Source: Fimicolochytrium jonesii
Taxonomy: Eukaryota
Direction: 5' to 3'
NCBI RefSeq assembly: GCF_025526975.1
Contig: NW_026515676.1
Span: forward strand, 496,001-560,000
Length of the DNA: 64,000 nucleotides
Part shown: positions 12,696-27,300 of the stretch, in pieces
Numbering within the stretch: position 1 is the first letter of the stretch
Layout of the letters: every line of letters starts with the position of its first letter
Translations under genes and position numbers: made by a program
Notes under the pieces: generated by a model
Told to the model about the DNA's origin: nothing
Databases searched by the model: none
The model's input: the letters and a program-made list of their open reading frames with translations, nothing else

Positions 12696-14127
12696 ATGAC
12701 CGGCATGCTCACCAACGGTACGAATGGTGTGGTGGTGGATGACAGCCCTCTGCGAATCGCATTCTATGTCAGTGGACACGGTGAGTGAGATTGTCTCACG
12801 CGTCAACTATTGTGGCCAGACTTTCTAACCACCGATCTCGTGGTCTAGGGTTCGGCCACGCTACGTACGGATTTTGCATACGGTGCTGAGACTCAGGAGA
12901 AGGCTGATCGCCGTATACTGATCAGGATGATCCTTTTCCTTCCTCGTCGCCCAGAACAGCCGCGCTGTGGTCACGATCAAAGCCCTCGCCACCCTGGGGC
13001 ATCACGTCGTAATCGTTAGTTCCGCGCCACCGTTCATCTTCCGCGACACGATCGAGTCATGTGCCAATTGCGAGTTGCGGAGTATAGCTACGCTGTGTCC
13101 GGGAGTGATACAGAAGGATCCGGTAACGGTGGATGTTGCGGAGACGATGCGGCAGTTGGACGTGTTTTGGACGGACGCGAAGGATGTTGTTGGGACGGAG
13201 GCGGAGTGGATGAAGGGGGCGAGGTTGGATGTTGTTTGTTTGGATGCGCCGTTTTTGCCGGCTTCTGTGGCTAAGGTACGACTGGGGAAGTGGACATCTC
13301 GAATAACGCTCTCGGAATTTAGCCCCATTCACCCCTCCGTCTTACCTCATACACAGCAACTAGGCATCCCTTCCATCCTCCTCACCAACTTCACCTTCGA
13401 CGCCATCTTCTCCGCCCTCGCCAACACCCCAAAAGCCACCCACCTCGTTTCCCAATGCACCTCCATGTACAACTCCACCGACCTCCTCCTCCGCATGCCG
13501 GGCCATATCCCCATCCCGGCCTTCACCCACCGCCCAGATCACATCATCGACATCTCACTGATCGTGCGCAAATCCCGCGAATCCCGTACAGCCGTGCGAG
13601 AGATGCTGGACATCCCTGTTGACGCGCCGTGCGTGCTGATCACGTTTGGCGGGTTTGAATTGGGGGAGGATGTGTTGACGGAGGAGAAGGTGTTACCCGA
13701 TGGGTGGTACGGGTTGCTCGCGTGCCGATCCGCGGGGGCTGACGCTTTGGGGCGATTACGGCGTATCCGCACGGACAGGTACTACATGCCGGATTTGATC
13801 AACGCGGCGGATGTGGTGATGGGGAAATGCGGGTATGGGACCTGCTCGGAGGTCGTGGCGCATAACGTGCCGCTGGTGTATGTGCCGAGATCGGGGTTTG
13901 AGACGGAAGAGGAGGGATTGGTGGGGAATCTGATGGGACCGTATGGACATGCTGTTGAGATGCCGCAGACGGACTTTTATGCGGGGAATTGGGCGGGGTA
14001 TATAGCGAAAGCTGCGGAGTTGCGTGCGCAGCCTGTGAGGGAACAGATTGCGCATGATGGGGAGATTTTGGCTGCAGAGACGGTGGTTGCTGTTGGTAGA
14101 CGGAAGTTTCCTGGACTGAGGACGTAG
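12696..14127 (+). CDS. GT-B fold glycosyltransferase-like protein resembling the N-terminal domain of plant L-arabinokinase (stand-alone)
   Basis: Spliced N-terminus RIAFYVSGHG|FGHAT|RA via a 16-nt exon (12849-12864). Also LDAPFLP, TNFTFDAIF, YMPDLINAADVVMGKCGYGTCSEVVA and YVPRSGF.EE.GL. No GHMP kinase domain follows. Confidence 0.75.
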
Positions 14128-14287
14128 GACTTTGAGAATGATGTTCATTGTTTTAGGGACGGTGGTCCCGCAGTGTTGTTATGTGCATGCATCTAATGAT
14201 TCTATGTAAATTGAGTGTGTTGCTCCACGTCGGAGTTTCCTCGCTCCGCAATCCCATTGCGTTCCTCGTCGTGTGGCCTCCGTCCAC

Positions 14288-16293
14288 TCAATGCCCACCC
14301 TCCCCCGTGACCCCCAACGTCACCAAACTCGTAATCATAATCACCACTCCAAAACAGCCCAAAAAGATAGCGCCCGCCCGCTTCGGGTTGAACCGGGCGG
14401 GTCGGTCCGACTCCCGGTCTTCTTGTGTGCTGTACTTGTAGTAGAAGAGGCCAGGGAGGATGTAGCAGATTGTTGTGGAGCCGGTTGCGCCGACGAAGGC
14501 TAGGACCTGAGGAATAGAGAAAAAATTGGTCAAGATCTCGCGCACGTACGCAATAAGCAGACCGCAGGACATACCGTAGCCAAATTATGCAACACCAACG
14601 CCAAAAGCAAGCTGCTTCCCATCAACCCCAACGTCATGGCCACCCAACGAGTCCGCCCAATCTCGCCCGGCAGCGCAGGAACCTCGTCCACCGCGCATCG
14701 GTGGGACTGCAAGTTCGTTATTATCTTGTCCAGGGATGCTCGGGCCGGGTGGCATTGGAGCGGGTAGGAGAGCAGGACGAGGAAGACGATGGCGAGCTGG
14801 CCGCCTGTTATTAGGGCGTTTGCGGGATCTGGGATGCAAGAATGGATGAGGCTTGGATCTGCGGGTGGCTGGGACACATGCCGACAGAGATCTTACATTG
14901 TCCGATGATATTCGACGAAACAGTGTTTCCAAACGTCAGATAGCCCAAAACCGCTACGGTTTGATAGACAAAGAAGGCGGTGCCTACGGATGTGACGACG
15001 ACTTTCCGCATGCGCTTGTGCTCGTTCTCAATTAGTTCGTTGTACACCGAGAAGATCTAGTGTGCATTCTGGTCTTGTTATGTCCTGTTCCTGGGTAGTA
15101 CGATGATGAAAGCGAGCTTGGTTCAACACTTACATTCTGATGACCTGGAGATGCAAACTCCGTTAGTCGTCATCTTCGTGTAGTGCTTAATGATGAGCCT
15201 CTATCACTCACATGTGAACGCAAACACAAATATAGGAATCACTCCAAAAAAATGGCGATCCAGCTTAAACCACTTGATCTCATCCCAATGCACATGCGGT
15301 GGCATTCCCTCTTGCGGAGCGAAGAAGTACGTCACCACGATGAACACAAGGTAAATCACGGAGAGCAGCGCAAATCCTGATGTGTATCGAAGCGAGTCCA
15401 GCCGTCTCAAAAAACATAGCGGCGACACCAGCAGGAGGCAGGCGATGAGCCAGAAAGTTTTGCTGAGAAGGAGGGAGTCTGGAGACACTTCTGGATGGAA
15501 ACCTAGGATAACTCTTGGGAGCTGCATCGTATGAACTTTTATCAGCCACCGTCCACGATGCCGCCAGAGCAAAAGGAACGGCATACCAAGTCTCCACAAA
15601 TAACAAGATACGATATTGAGACGCCGAAGCACTTGACGGCAATGGCCACGTCAAACCAGACCGCCGCCCCTGGATAGGTTATTTTCGCGCAGGAGTTGAA
15701 TGAGGACGTCCGCCCGACTTTCGAAGCGATCTCACTAAGGAGAAGTAATCCGAATGCTGCTGCTGTTCCCGATAAGCCAATAAGAACGATACCGAAGCCA
15801 AGACCGACGCGCGCTAGTGCTGAGGGCTATGTGCGAAGCGCCAAGAGAAAGCCAGGTTAGGCCCCCATAACGGTCATATGCCGGCTCACAGCGGTTCTCG
15901 TGCCTCGTGCTGATTTCCTCCCCTCTCACTGACAAGTGCCAAATAAATCCATACCATGGCCAGCATTCCGCTCCCCAAAATAGTGTTCCCAATGTTGATA
16001 CACGAGCTCGCAAAAGACCCCGTGGGCTTCCACTCATCATATATCTCAATGGCAACGTCTTCCTCGTCGTCCTCGTCGTCGGCTGCACTAGTGACTGATC
16101 GATACGTTCCATAGCTCCTGGTTGGCGATACGCCGGGATTCGAACTCCCTGCGGAGTGGAGAGACTCTGAGGACCGTGGGCGGCGGTCGAGATCGTCTGC
16201 TGGTGGCCCGGCTCCGTTTCGAGAGATGAGACTTTCGGAGGAAATACGGCCAGCGGGTGCTGTTGCGGCTACCTTTGCGTAGTCTCGGGGCAT
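14288..16293 (-). CDS. Amino acid/auxin permease (AAAP) family vacuolar amino-acid transporter, AVT5/6/7-like
   Basis: SSCINIGNTILGSGMLAM, LCFLRRLDSLRYTS, IPIFVFAFT|CHQN|IFSVYNE (11-nt exon 15134-15144), SYPLQCHPARAS and VLAFVGATGSTTICYILPGLFY. Confidence 0.88.
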
Positions 16294-16449
16294 TGTTCGA
16301 GAGGGTCGCCGTGGGGGTCTGCTGTGGGGGTGTTCCGGTTTACTTCCCCTATATATACAACCTTCGCAATTGCCAAAGTGGAGAGCGAGTTCGCGAGGCC
16401 TCCCCTCCGCCTGAAACCAAAACGAGAGCGCGTGTGATGAGAGCATTGA

Positions 16450-16456
16450 TGACTCA
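16450..16456. promoter_or_regulatory. TGACTCA (Gcn4/CpcA/AP-1-type) site in the divergent AVT/HEM2 promoter
   Basis: Exact ATGACTCA in the ~264 nt head-to-head intergenic region, next to an amino-acid transporter gene. Confidence 0.35.
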
Positions 16457-16557
16457 CCGCCCGCAGTCACCAATTCGTCGCTTCCAACGCTTCCCCATCT
16501 CTACCACCATACAGTAACTTCGACATTGCGGCAAAACAACCACCACACACACACACA

Positions 16558-18038
<1,481 letters not shown>

Positions 18039-18263
18039 CGCACGGGAATGTAGTTCAACATACCATAGCATCGCCAGATTTTGGGTTCATCTCTGATTCG
18101 AATGTAGCCAAAGGCCGTGAATTTATTATATAGAGTAACATACGCCATCTTTATGCTAGCCTTAACGCGCTGGTGGGGCTATCAACACTACGACCTGAAT
18201 TACGAGCTTGAATCGGCCTTGCACTGCTAGCTACGCTATTCCTGTCGCGGGCAGACCCGCCGT

Positions 18264-21200
18264 TTACCTGTCCAACAATTTCTCATGCTCAGCGAACCTG
18301 TTTCCGCAGTACAGGCAGTGCGCGATCTGCTGAAGGACGAGGTTTGCGAGCTCAGATGGTTGATTAGCTGCGTTGAGGTAGGGTATAAGCCTGATGCACA
18401 TCATGCCAGCAAGAAGGAAGAAGAAACAACGTACGTGCAGCGAGCTTCCGTCCACACCCCGTACACGTCCGCAACCCAACCGCTCCCAACGTCGATATCG
18501 TCGCCGAACACCGTGCTAAGAACATCAACGTGACATCATCAGCACACACCGCCCAAACCCACAGAATCCACAAACAATCACATACTCCAAACATGCCCAG
18601 CCGCACAAACCCCCCTCTCAATCCCCGCCAACCCCACCATCTCCCCACACGCAACACACGCTTCTCTCGCGGGCAGCGCCTCACTCCCTGTACCGCCTCC
18701 GGAAACTAGGGCCCGTTCGAGGTCATCGGGGTATAGGGGCGTTGCGCGATTCCTGAGTTGGGTGCAGCAGTCTGCGAAGGCGCTCAGCGTGCTCTCGTCG
18801 TGGGATTTGGATAGGCAGAGGGTGGCGTAGGCGTCGGTGAGGAGGCCGATTTGGGTTGTGTCGTGGTCTGATTTGAGGGGTGTGAGAAGTGGGCAAAACT
18901 TATGGGCGCTGGCGGAGGATTGGTCTTACCGGTCAGTGTGTCGGTATTGGAGACGTAGGCTTTCAGGAGGTGCATGGTTTGAGAGAGGTAGTAGGCGGTT
19001 AGTCGATGGCGGACGCTGAGTTGTGATGCTCGAAGGGATGCGGTGATTTCCTTTGATATCGATTTAGCCTGGGCCTAGTGGAATGGGTAAGGGATGAGTG
19101 CCTGTTATTCTCCGTGAGTGGTGGTGATGACCCACCAGTAGATGACCGATAAAGTAATCTTGGAGCCGCAACACGTTAATCTTCGGGTTGCCGAAGAGTG
19201 CTTTGCGATAGCCGTTCAGTCTATAGTAATTTGCATTCAGCGTTGTGTACGAGATCCCCACAAAAAACGAAGTGATAGGCGCATCAACGAGGGCAGCAAC
19301 CTACACTGCATCATCAGCACTCGGCGCCCTCGCGCTAACATTCCGCCATTCCCGAATAAGATGCGAGTCGTCGTACGAGTCACAAAACTCATTGAACGCC
19401 TTTTGCGCGAGAGACGTAAATGTATCTCCCGGTTGAGACCATTGCGCGATATCGGCTAGGCAGTATTGGATGATGTCCCATAGTATGTAGGATGATGAAT
19501 GGGATGTTACTGCGGAGGTTGCGCTTGGTCAGCTGATTTGGGGCGATGACATGTACATGCAAATCGGAGAGCCAGCCTTACAGGTATCTGGCAAACGCAG
19601 CAGTTTGCTGAGCTGCACAATGAGATCCTTCTCGAAATCCTCCACGCCTTGCGCGTAAACAGGTCGGACGGTCACAAACGATATAAGACGGTTCGCGGTG
19701 TGGTATACAAAATCGTTTGGCGAGGCCGTGCTATGCACAACCATTCTGTCAGCATCCCTGGATCGAGCGCGCATACACTTGATCAAAAAGCCCTTACTGG
19801 AAAACAACAGCATCAAACAACCCATTCGCAGATGACGCTGCCCCAAAGATCCGGATCTGCTGCCCCTGTCTCGGCTGACTCTCCTCCGCGTCATTATCTT
19901 CCGCCGCATCCTCCTCTCCATCTGCGTTGTCGTTGCTGCCGAGTTGCAGGAGATCCTCATACAAGTCGTCGGTGCTCTCGTCGATTATCCCTAGCCGCTC
20001 GGCGGCGCCTTCTTTGATGGTGGAGACGGTGAAGCAGCGGCCGTCGACGGTGAAGACGCGCATTTCGGAGGCGTCCATTCCCCAGACTACGCCTGGTGTG
20101 TGTGGTATGTTGTTAGAAGTTTCTCCCAAACTCGGACGAGCACAGCGTCGTCTATTCCCCATGTGAGCGCATGGATTGTGCTACGCACCGGCGATGGACA
20201 TGATCTTCGGAAATGCCAGGCTCAACGTGCGGCCCTCGCTCGTTGCCATCAGATCTTTCGCAGCAGGCGGGAACCAGATTGTCAACGTGCGGCCTTTACA
20301 GATGGCAACGCATTCTCGATCGGTCTGCGCTTATAACGTCGTAAGAATGTCGATATCTGGCAGTGACGAGGTTGGGGTTCCTTTTTCTCACCATTCCCCT
20401 CTGAGTTTGCACGAGGGTAACCGTCCTCCCATCATTCTTGTGCAGCGCTGAGACCAGCCTCATGGTGCAGGAAAACATGTTTTCCAGGTCGATGATAACT
20501 TGCCAAACGGACACGGTGCCATCGGCTGATGCGACGGTCAGGTACGAGGCTGCGAACCGAAAAGGTTCTCAGCCCAACGTGGAACCGAGATGGGACGTTT
20601 TCTATCGAGCAAAGCACGTACAGATCTGGCCGTCGTCCATCGTTTGCCATGAAGACCAACTGAGTCGGCTGACCCATCCGCTCTGCACAGTCTCCAACGC
20701 CACTCGCGATATGGAGACCCCTTTTTGGTTGCTGAACCTATGACCCTTTCTTTCAGCGAATGCGGGATTTGCGTCGAAGCACAACAGAAATATGCACCTC
20801 CATAAGCTCACAGATCCATCTTTGGCCCCCAATGCGATTATCCCAAATGGTTCTTTGTCGGGCGAAGGACAACATGGTGACCAGGCAATCGCTGCGGTGC
20901 CATACATCCTTAGTATTGCGCCATCTCTGATTCATTTGTCCATAGCATAATAGTATCTCACATTTTATGGATAGCTGATTGAGCTCTTCGACCGTCAGCT
21001 CATCCAGGCCTCGATCTCCCGATAATTCCGCCCGGTAGAGGGCACTCAAATCTTGTAACTACCCTCAAATGAACGTCAAGATTTGACGCGACTTGATTGA
21101 GAGAGACTAGATCGAACCTGCTCCCAGGATGAAATTGCAGGATCCGCATTTGGCTGCCAGATAATGACAGAATACAGCGTCGAGACTGTTGCTAACAAGC

Positions 21201-21716
21201 AGCTTCAAATGAACCATGGTAAGTCGGAAAGGGGCTCGGCAGCCAGATTGTAGGTCCGCCGCGCATACCTACCCCCCCAAATCTGAGAAACCACTTGGCG
21301 ACCAAACAGCTTGATTGAAGCCATCTTTCCAAACTTGCACGGCTTTTATGTCCTCTGCTCAGCGATTTAGTCAGTGTCGCATCCGCGTTCATATGCGTTC
21401 CAGACGGCGGAATACCATCTTCAGCTAAAAGCAGCAGTTTCAGAAACGCGCTGTCCTTATTATTTCCTGAGGGATTGCTGATTGAGGTGCGGTGGTACTC
21501 AAAAGAATCCTCGGCCTGATGCGGAGTCTACCGGTCCCTGAGAAAGTTAGTCCGATCCAGGGAATTGAACCACCTGTGCGAAACCGTTTCTGTGGATTCT
21601 CTAACCAGCAGGAATACAAAGGACAAAGTGGTTACTGCGAGCTGGTTGTCGTCTGACCACGCCAGACTATCAGCAGTGTTCGGACGAGTCTTGAGGACAG
21701 CTGTGCCTGTTGACAT
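18264..21716 (-). CDS. RNA polymerase III factor TFIIIC delta subunit (GTF3C4/Sfc9-like): WD40 N-terminus plus C-terminal Zn finger
   Basis: N-terminal LAWSDDNQLAV and IAWSP...IALGAKDGSVSLW. The Cys-rich C-terminus CPRE..CVACG...C..GHVWSM...CTGCGRK...CLYCGNRF matches zf-TFIIIC. Many introns; internal junctions approximate. Confidence 0.75.
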
Positions 21717-22073
21717 GTTGGTCGGCCTCCACTGTGTCCTCGCAAACGGCCTGTGGGAAAGCCATTTCGTCTTTGTCCGAACCCTCTTTCCTGTTGACGC
21801 GCTCGTCAAGAATCCCGTAGTGTGCCGCCCATTCACGGGAGGAGCTCACTCAGAACCCATAATACCGTAAAACGAGTCCCATACGAACGGCGCTCAGGAG
21901 TCAGCAACCCCAACTTCGCTTGGAACATGCATGGGAGTCATAGATACCGGGTCTTCTTCTCTACTTGAAAAGTAACTCAGTTGTTCCAGCGAGTAGACAA
22001 ATATAGTAGGCAAAACACACGTAGCAAAGTTTCCCGGTTTGCACCGAGTTTACAACCAGAAAGCGAAGTCCAC

Positions 22074-23877
22074 ATGAATGGAATACCCAACGAGCAAGTA
22101 GGTATCCAAGGAACCAGGATGAACGACGATGAAGCAGCGCCTTCCGGCCCGGGTAGCCCATTCGTTCGAGAGTCCACGCCGATGTTCACCATTTATCGCG
22201 ACTCGGCCACGCACCGCTTCCGTCGCTACTCCGGCGACGAAGACGACGACGACGAAGAGGACTATCAACCGAGCACCCCCAAAGCAAAGCCGGTTCATAA
22301 ACGACATGCCGCCAAACCCATTCCTATACAAAGACCCTCGTCCGCTCACAGCAGACTCTCTATGTCGATGGAGTCGACAGGCGCTTTCGGCCAAAATCGT
22401 ATCGGATCCCCTTTATTTCAAAGCTATCGGCCTTCTATATCGACGGGTCTGCTGGGGTCTCGTCGTAATTCAGATGGAATGCTTATGGATGATCAAGGAG
22501 GTGATGCGGATGCCATGGCACTGGACAGAACACCCCGGAGAGACTCCAAGCGTCACTCGCTCTGTGGGAGGTCACTGTCCCGAATAGCCGCCCTTCTGAA
22601 GGTACGGGTCTTACTTTGGCGGGAATCGTGAATGCGAAGTTGCTGACGTTCTCTTGAACACACCAGGATGAAGCAGACCCTTTGGACAAGGAGATTGCAC
22701 ACGAGCGCGCCATCAACACCAGCAGTCTCTCCCTTCCACCGGTTAGCTCGGAGGACACCGATGACATGATAGATGACATATCGCCTGATTTGCCGGGAGG
22801 CACTTTTGAACCTGCAACACCACGTCATACCAGACCTCTTAGCATCAACACAAGTGATTTCAGCCGGGTACGTTTTCAGATGCTCAATCTTCGAGTCGCT
22901 GGGCTTCAAACCTGACCAAATCACGCTCCCTTTAGCAGCCTTCCACACCCGAGGACGTTCACCCGGTGACGGTCCGCACTGTCGCCATCCCGAATTCAGC
23001 GCTGAAAGATCCCGCTACCTATGTTTCGCATTCATCCAAATTGAATCCTGAAAATAATGTAAGCTGGTGAACGAATGTTCTTAGGTTGATCCTGGTTTCT
23101 CACACTTGCTATTTGTCTACATTTCACAGTTTGCGTCGAAGCATCACGATATTATGGTGGCCTCCCCCTGCCTTTCACCCATTCATCCTTCGATGATATC
23201 AATGTCACCAAGTGCAGTAGACAGGAAAGGGAAAAGAAAGCGTACGTTCCATAACCATGGTTGCATTGATTCGGACTTGCGTTTACTGACTTCTACCAGT
23301 GTCAACAGTCTCCACGGACTCGGATCGGTTTGAACCATATAAGCGCCATCATCGCATGCCAGCATCGCCCACTCTTCATTCGCCCACCATAGGTCATCCC
23401 TCCACGTCATCCGGCAACGCCAGTCTGAACGGGGCATCGTACTTCACATCTCCGGCGCCTGCGACATCAAGGTCGACAGGGGGAACCCCTCCGCCGTTTA
23501 GCCTGCCGATACCCCTGGTCTTTCAACGTCAACGATCACCGTCGGTCTCCAGCGCTGCATCAAGCGGAATTGCTGCGGCATCAGCGATCCCGAACTGGGC
23601 TACCGGCTTTGAACGGGCGTCGTCTGCTTCTTCTTCAATGTCATCTTCATCAATGGGAGTCACAGCGCAACCTCTATCGGATGCAGTGGCCGGTGGCACA
23701 GCAATGACACCGCAGCCACAGCACTTGTTCATGTCGGGGTCGAACTTGCAACATATCTTTCAACAAGGCAATACGGCACACCCTCTGGTCATTGCTAGTC
23801 CAAGGGCTATGGGACAGCGACTTAATCTCACCGGCACGCAGGAAGGCTTCACGAAAATGAGTATCGCCGACCCGTAA
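22074..23877 (+). CDS. Hypothetical Ser/Pro-rich, probably disordered protein (spliced)
   Basis: Coherent GT-AG chain (e.g. RIAALLK|DEADPLDKEIAHERAI; KGKRK|..DRFEPYKR). No domain recognised. Confidence 0.6.
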
Positions 23878-24334
23878 CGCATCTTCGACACCCAAGCCAG
23901 CCTCCAGATCCGCTCACCTTCGCTCGCAATATACATTTTCAAATCCCTCACATAGCCGATATATGGCGTCTCTGTTTCTAATTCGGTGATTTGGTTTATA
24001 GTAGATACCCGCCAAGGCTCAAAGCTCTGGCATTTTTTTTGTAAATACATAGTTGTTGTTGTTTCAATCCGACGTCGCCTTCAGGCGTATATGAACTTCA
24101 GTTCCTTCGCAGTCTCCGGAGCTCTGTCTTCAGCTGCCCCTCGTTCGTAAAACGCGTGCCCCTCAGGTGCCCCTTGTCTGCACGGAAAGTCCTTGCGCAA
24201 CCATACCGCGAAACGAGGACTGTTGAAGAACATCACGCTTGGTCTTTGCAGCGAAACGCAGGGGGAAGCGGACACAGGGAGTTTGGGTGCTATGTCCTCA
24301 TCTTTGGTCAAAAACTCAGGTTCTGCATCGTAGC

Positions 24335-27300
24335 ATGGTTTCGGACCAGTTCTCGGACGCTCTGGACGAAATGGACGTGGACACGCTGCCAGCCCCCGTC
24401 ACCACGCTGGACACATGCGAGAGATCAATACGCCGGAGGTCTCTCCCTCCATTACCCAGCACGGCAGAGCTTTCAGAAGGAGAGTCGTCACAGCGCGGAC
24501 GCGTAGCAACTACCGGTCGCAAGCGGAAAACGAGCGTTCTATCTCAACTCACCAGGGAAACCAAGCTAGCCAAAGAGCGGGGCTCCCCAGCTCCCAGCAG
24601 CAGCAGACCCAAGCGGCTCCCGTTCGCCGACCTAGCGAACTACGATGATATCCTCTGCGACCTGCTGGTCGACTCCCTGCACCTGGGGTTCAAAACGCAT
24701 AAAATGAACGGCGATTTTTATTGCCCCGACGCTTCACCGCACGGTGGCGTTGATGTTTTGGATGCCCCGAGGAAGACGCCCGGGTTGGAGAGGGAGCAGA
24801 GCGATACGGAGGCTGTTGCGGCGGCTGTCATTGATATCGTGAGGAGATATGTCATTGATGAGAAGAGGCTGGATTTGGCTGCTCAGGCTCTGTTGACGTG
24901 CATAACCATTCCGGAGGATGGTTTTAAAAGGTGGGTATTGCGAAATATCATGCAGAGAGGGGTTCCGCTCGGCAATAACTCCGCCTTGATAGTTTTGGTA
25001 CCATGTCTGAGGCGCTTCAACGATCCTTCCAAGTTTTCGTGCCCTTCTTCCGTGGGAAAACGCCTGAGCAATTGCAGGACTTCACAGAGTAGGTGGTTGC
25101 ATGCTGGCTAGTCAATCTCCGCAATCACTTATCCGCACATCGCAATCTAGTCATGCGGGACGGTACTTCGGAATGTATCACCCAGCCGCGGGGTATGAAG
25201 TAGCACAGACCAACCGATACGGCAGCTCAGGGAAGGTGGAAGCGTGTCTACGAGCGACACGCACCTTCGCGGTTGGGGATGAGATGCGATATTGCACCGG
25301 GGTCATCGCCGAACTGGATCAGAGCGAGGAGGCATATCTCACCGATCGAGACTTTAGCGTCATGTTCTTGACAAAGAAGGAGTGCTCTTGCTTGTTCCTT
25401 GGCCCGGCGCGGTTCATGAACCATGATTGTGATCCCAACGCCAAGGTACCGATGTATCTCTGGCTGACCGCTATGAAAGTGACGTATCTCACACGAAGAA
25501 TGTGATCGAATAGTTCATCATTCTGAGCCTGAAACGGAATCTCATCGGCTTCAAGGTGCTGAAACCGATCGAAGTTGGAGACGAGATTACTACTTTTTAT
25601 GGCGAGAACTACTTTGGAGAAAACAATAAGGAATGCCTATGCGGAACTTGTGAACGGTGCGTTTCATATCGGCGGCCAGATGCAATATGGGTATGGGCTA
25701 ACCCGTGAGACAGATTGCACAAGGGAGCTTTCACCAGGCACGACGCCCTGCGCGAGATATTACCCGATGGGGAATACGAGCTCCCCATGATTGCCAAACT
25801 GAGGAAGAACTCGGCCCGCTCGCACACGTGGTCATTCGAGCAGAACTTTGATTCCGGAACTGACTCTGCTGATAAGAAAAAGGATAAAGATGACGCTAAC
25901 GTGCCCAAATGCGCAACCTGCAATGAAGGGCTCCTTGCGCTCAATGCAACTCCGGAAACGGACTGTCAACGGTGTATGCGCCATGGTGAAATTTTCGGCG
26001 TACGGTGGCCGAATAGGAAGGGAATAAGACGGTCGACCACCACCAATGTGAGTAAATGTGGCAACTTGTCACATGCTTGTATTCCTCCTGAATTTGGGCC
26101 TGATCGCTTCTCGGTTTTCTCTCTGGCTCGTACAGGCCTTGGAAGAGGCCAACGTCAACTCGAGTACGGAAGACTCTGTCACTGGCAACACGACATCCAT
26201 GTCTGATGTGGAGAACACAGAAGGTGAGGCGTGAGCTCGTCTCTCGTTGTAAATTTGTACTTATGTTGAAGTTTTATTGTGCACAGACACTCCTGTTGCG
26301 AAAAAGCCGCGGAAACGAGGCCCACGGAAAAGGAAGAAGGTGAGCTACCATTCGAAGGCGCTGACCAGGGCCCAAATGCTGACGACGCTCGTTATGAATC
26401 TCAGGAACCTTCCGAGCCCGTCGTCGTGTTGGATCCTCCAGGAAAACTGGTCCCCGACGGTGAGTTTTGATACCTCGTCGGCGCCTCGGAATGGAACTAA
26501 CTTCGGATGCAATATAGAGTTCCATCCTCATCTGGTGCTAGTGGATCCGGGCGATGATAGTGTGCCTTATTGGTGGCCTGCACTAGTGAGTTCGACCCCC
26601 AAAATGTATCGTTAGTATCCTAGCTAACTTTTGCTCTCCAGGTGGTACCGACCGCCAAGCTGACCAGGACTATGCCGAAACCCGAGGAGCCACAACAGCG
26701 ACTTGTTACCTTTATGGAAGACGCCTCCTAGTACGTAACGATATCATCAACTCGTTATCGGCTGGTATGGGTATCTCATGATTATCGCACTTGCAGCTGG
26801 GTCGCTGAGCCTGAGGAGATGAGGTTACTCGTCAAAGATGAAGAGCCTTTCCTGACCTTCTGGAAAGATCCAAACTTCCAGAAAGACCGTGGCGTCATTA
26901 ATGCTATGCTGTTGCTCGAGACCGGGAAGCTCCCCAAAGGAATCAAGCAGGAATCGTGGGCTCGGAAAGCGTGGTCGCAAAAGGACATCCAGCGTACCTC
27001 GGAAACAAATACTCCAGCAACGGTATAAATTCTGTGACGCATATTCTGCAATGATCAATCCCTGCTAAACTCTTGTCTACGTCTACATAGGCCCGGAAAA
27101 AGAGATCTGCCTCTGAAATCGATGACACTCGGACGCCGGACTCGAAAAATTCGAAAAAGCGACGCGTCTCTTACGGTACTACCCCACGAAAGAAACCGGA
27201 GCAGACGGTTGAGGAGACTCCGCTAGACAGTACACGCAAACCTGGCAAGATCGGGCGCCCGCGGAAATCTTCATTGGCGACTCCGTTCGTGGCAGTAGAA

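Noticed and set aside
26103..26114. ATCGCTTCTCGG matching the U2 snRNA 5' end
   Set aside because: The match stops after 12 nt with no GTGTAGTA branch-pairing region, and it lies in a Set9 intron.
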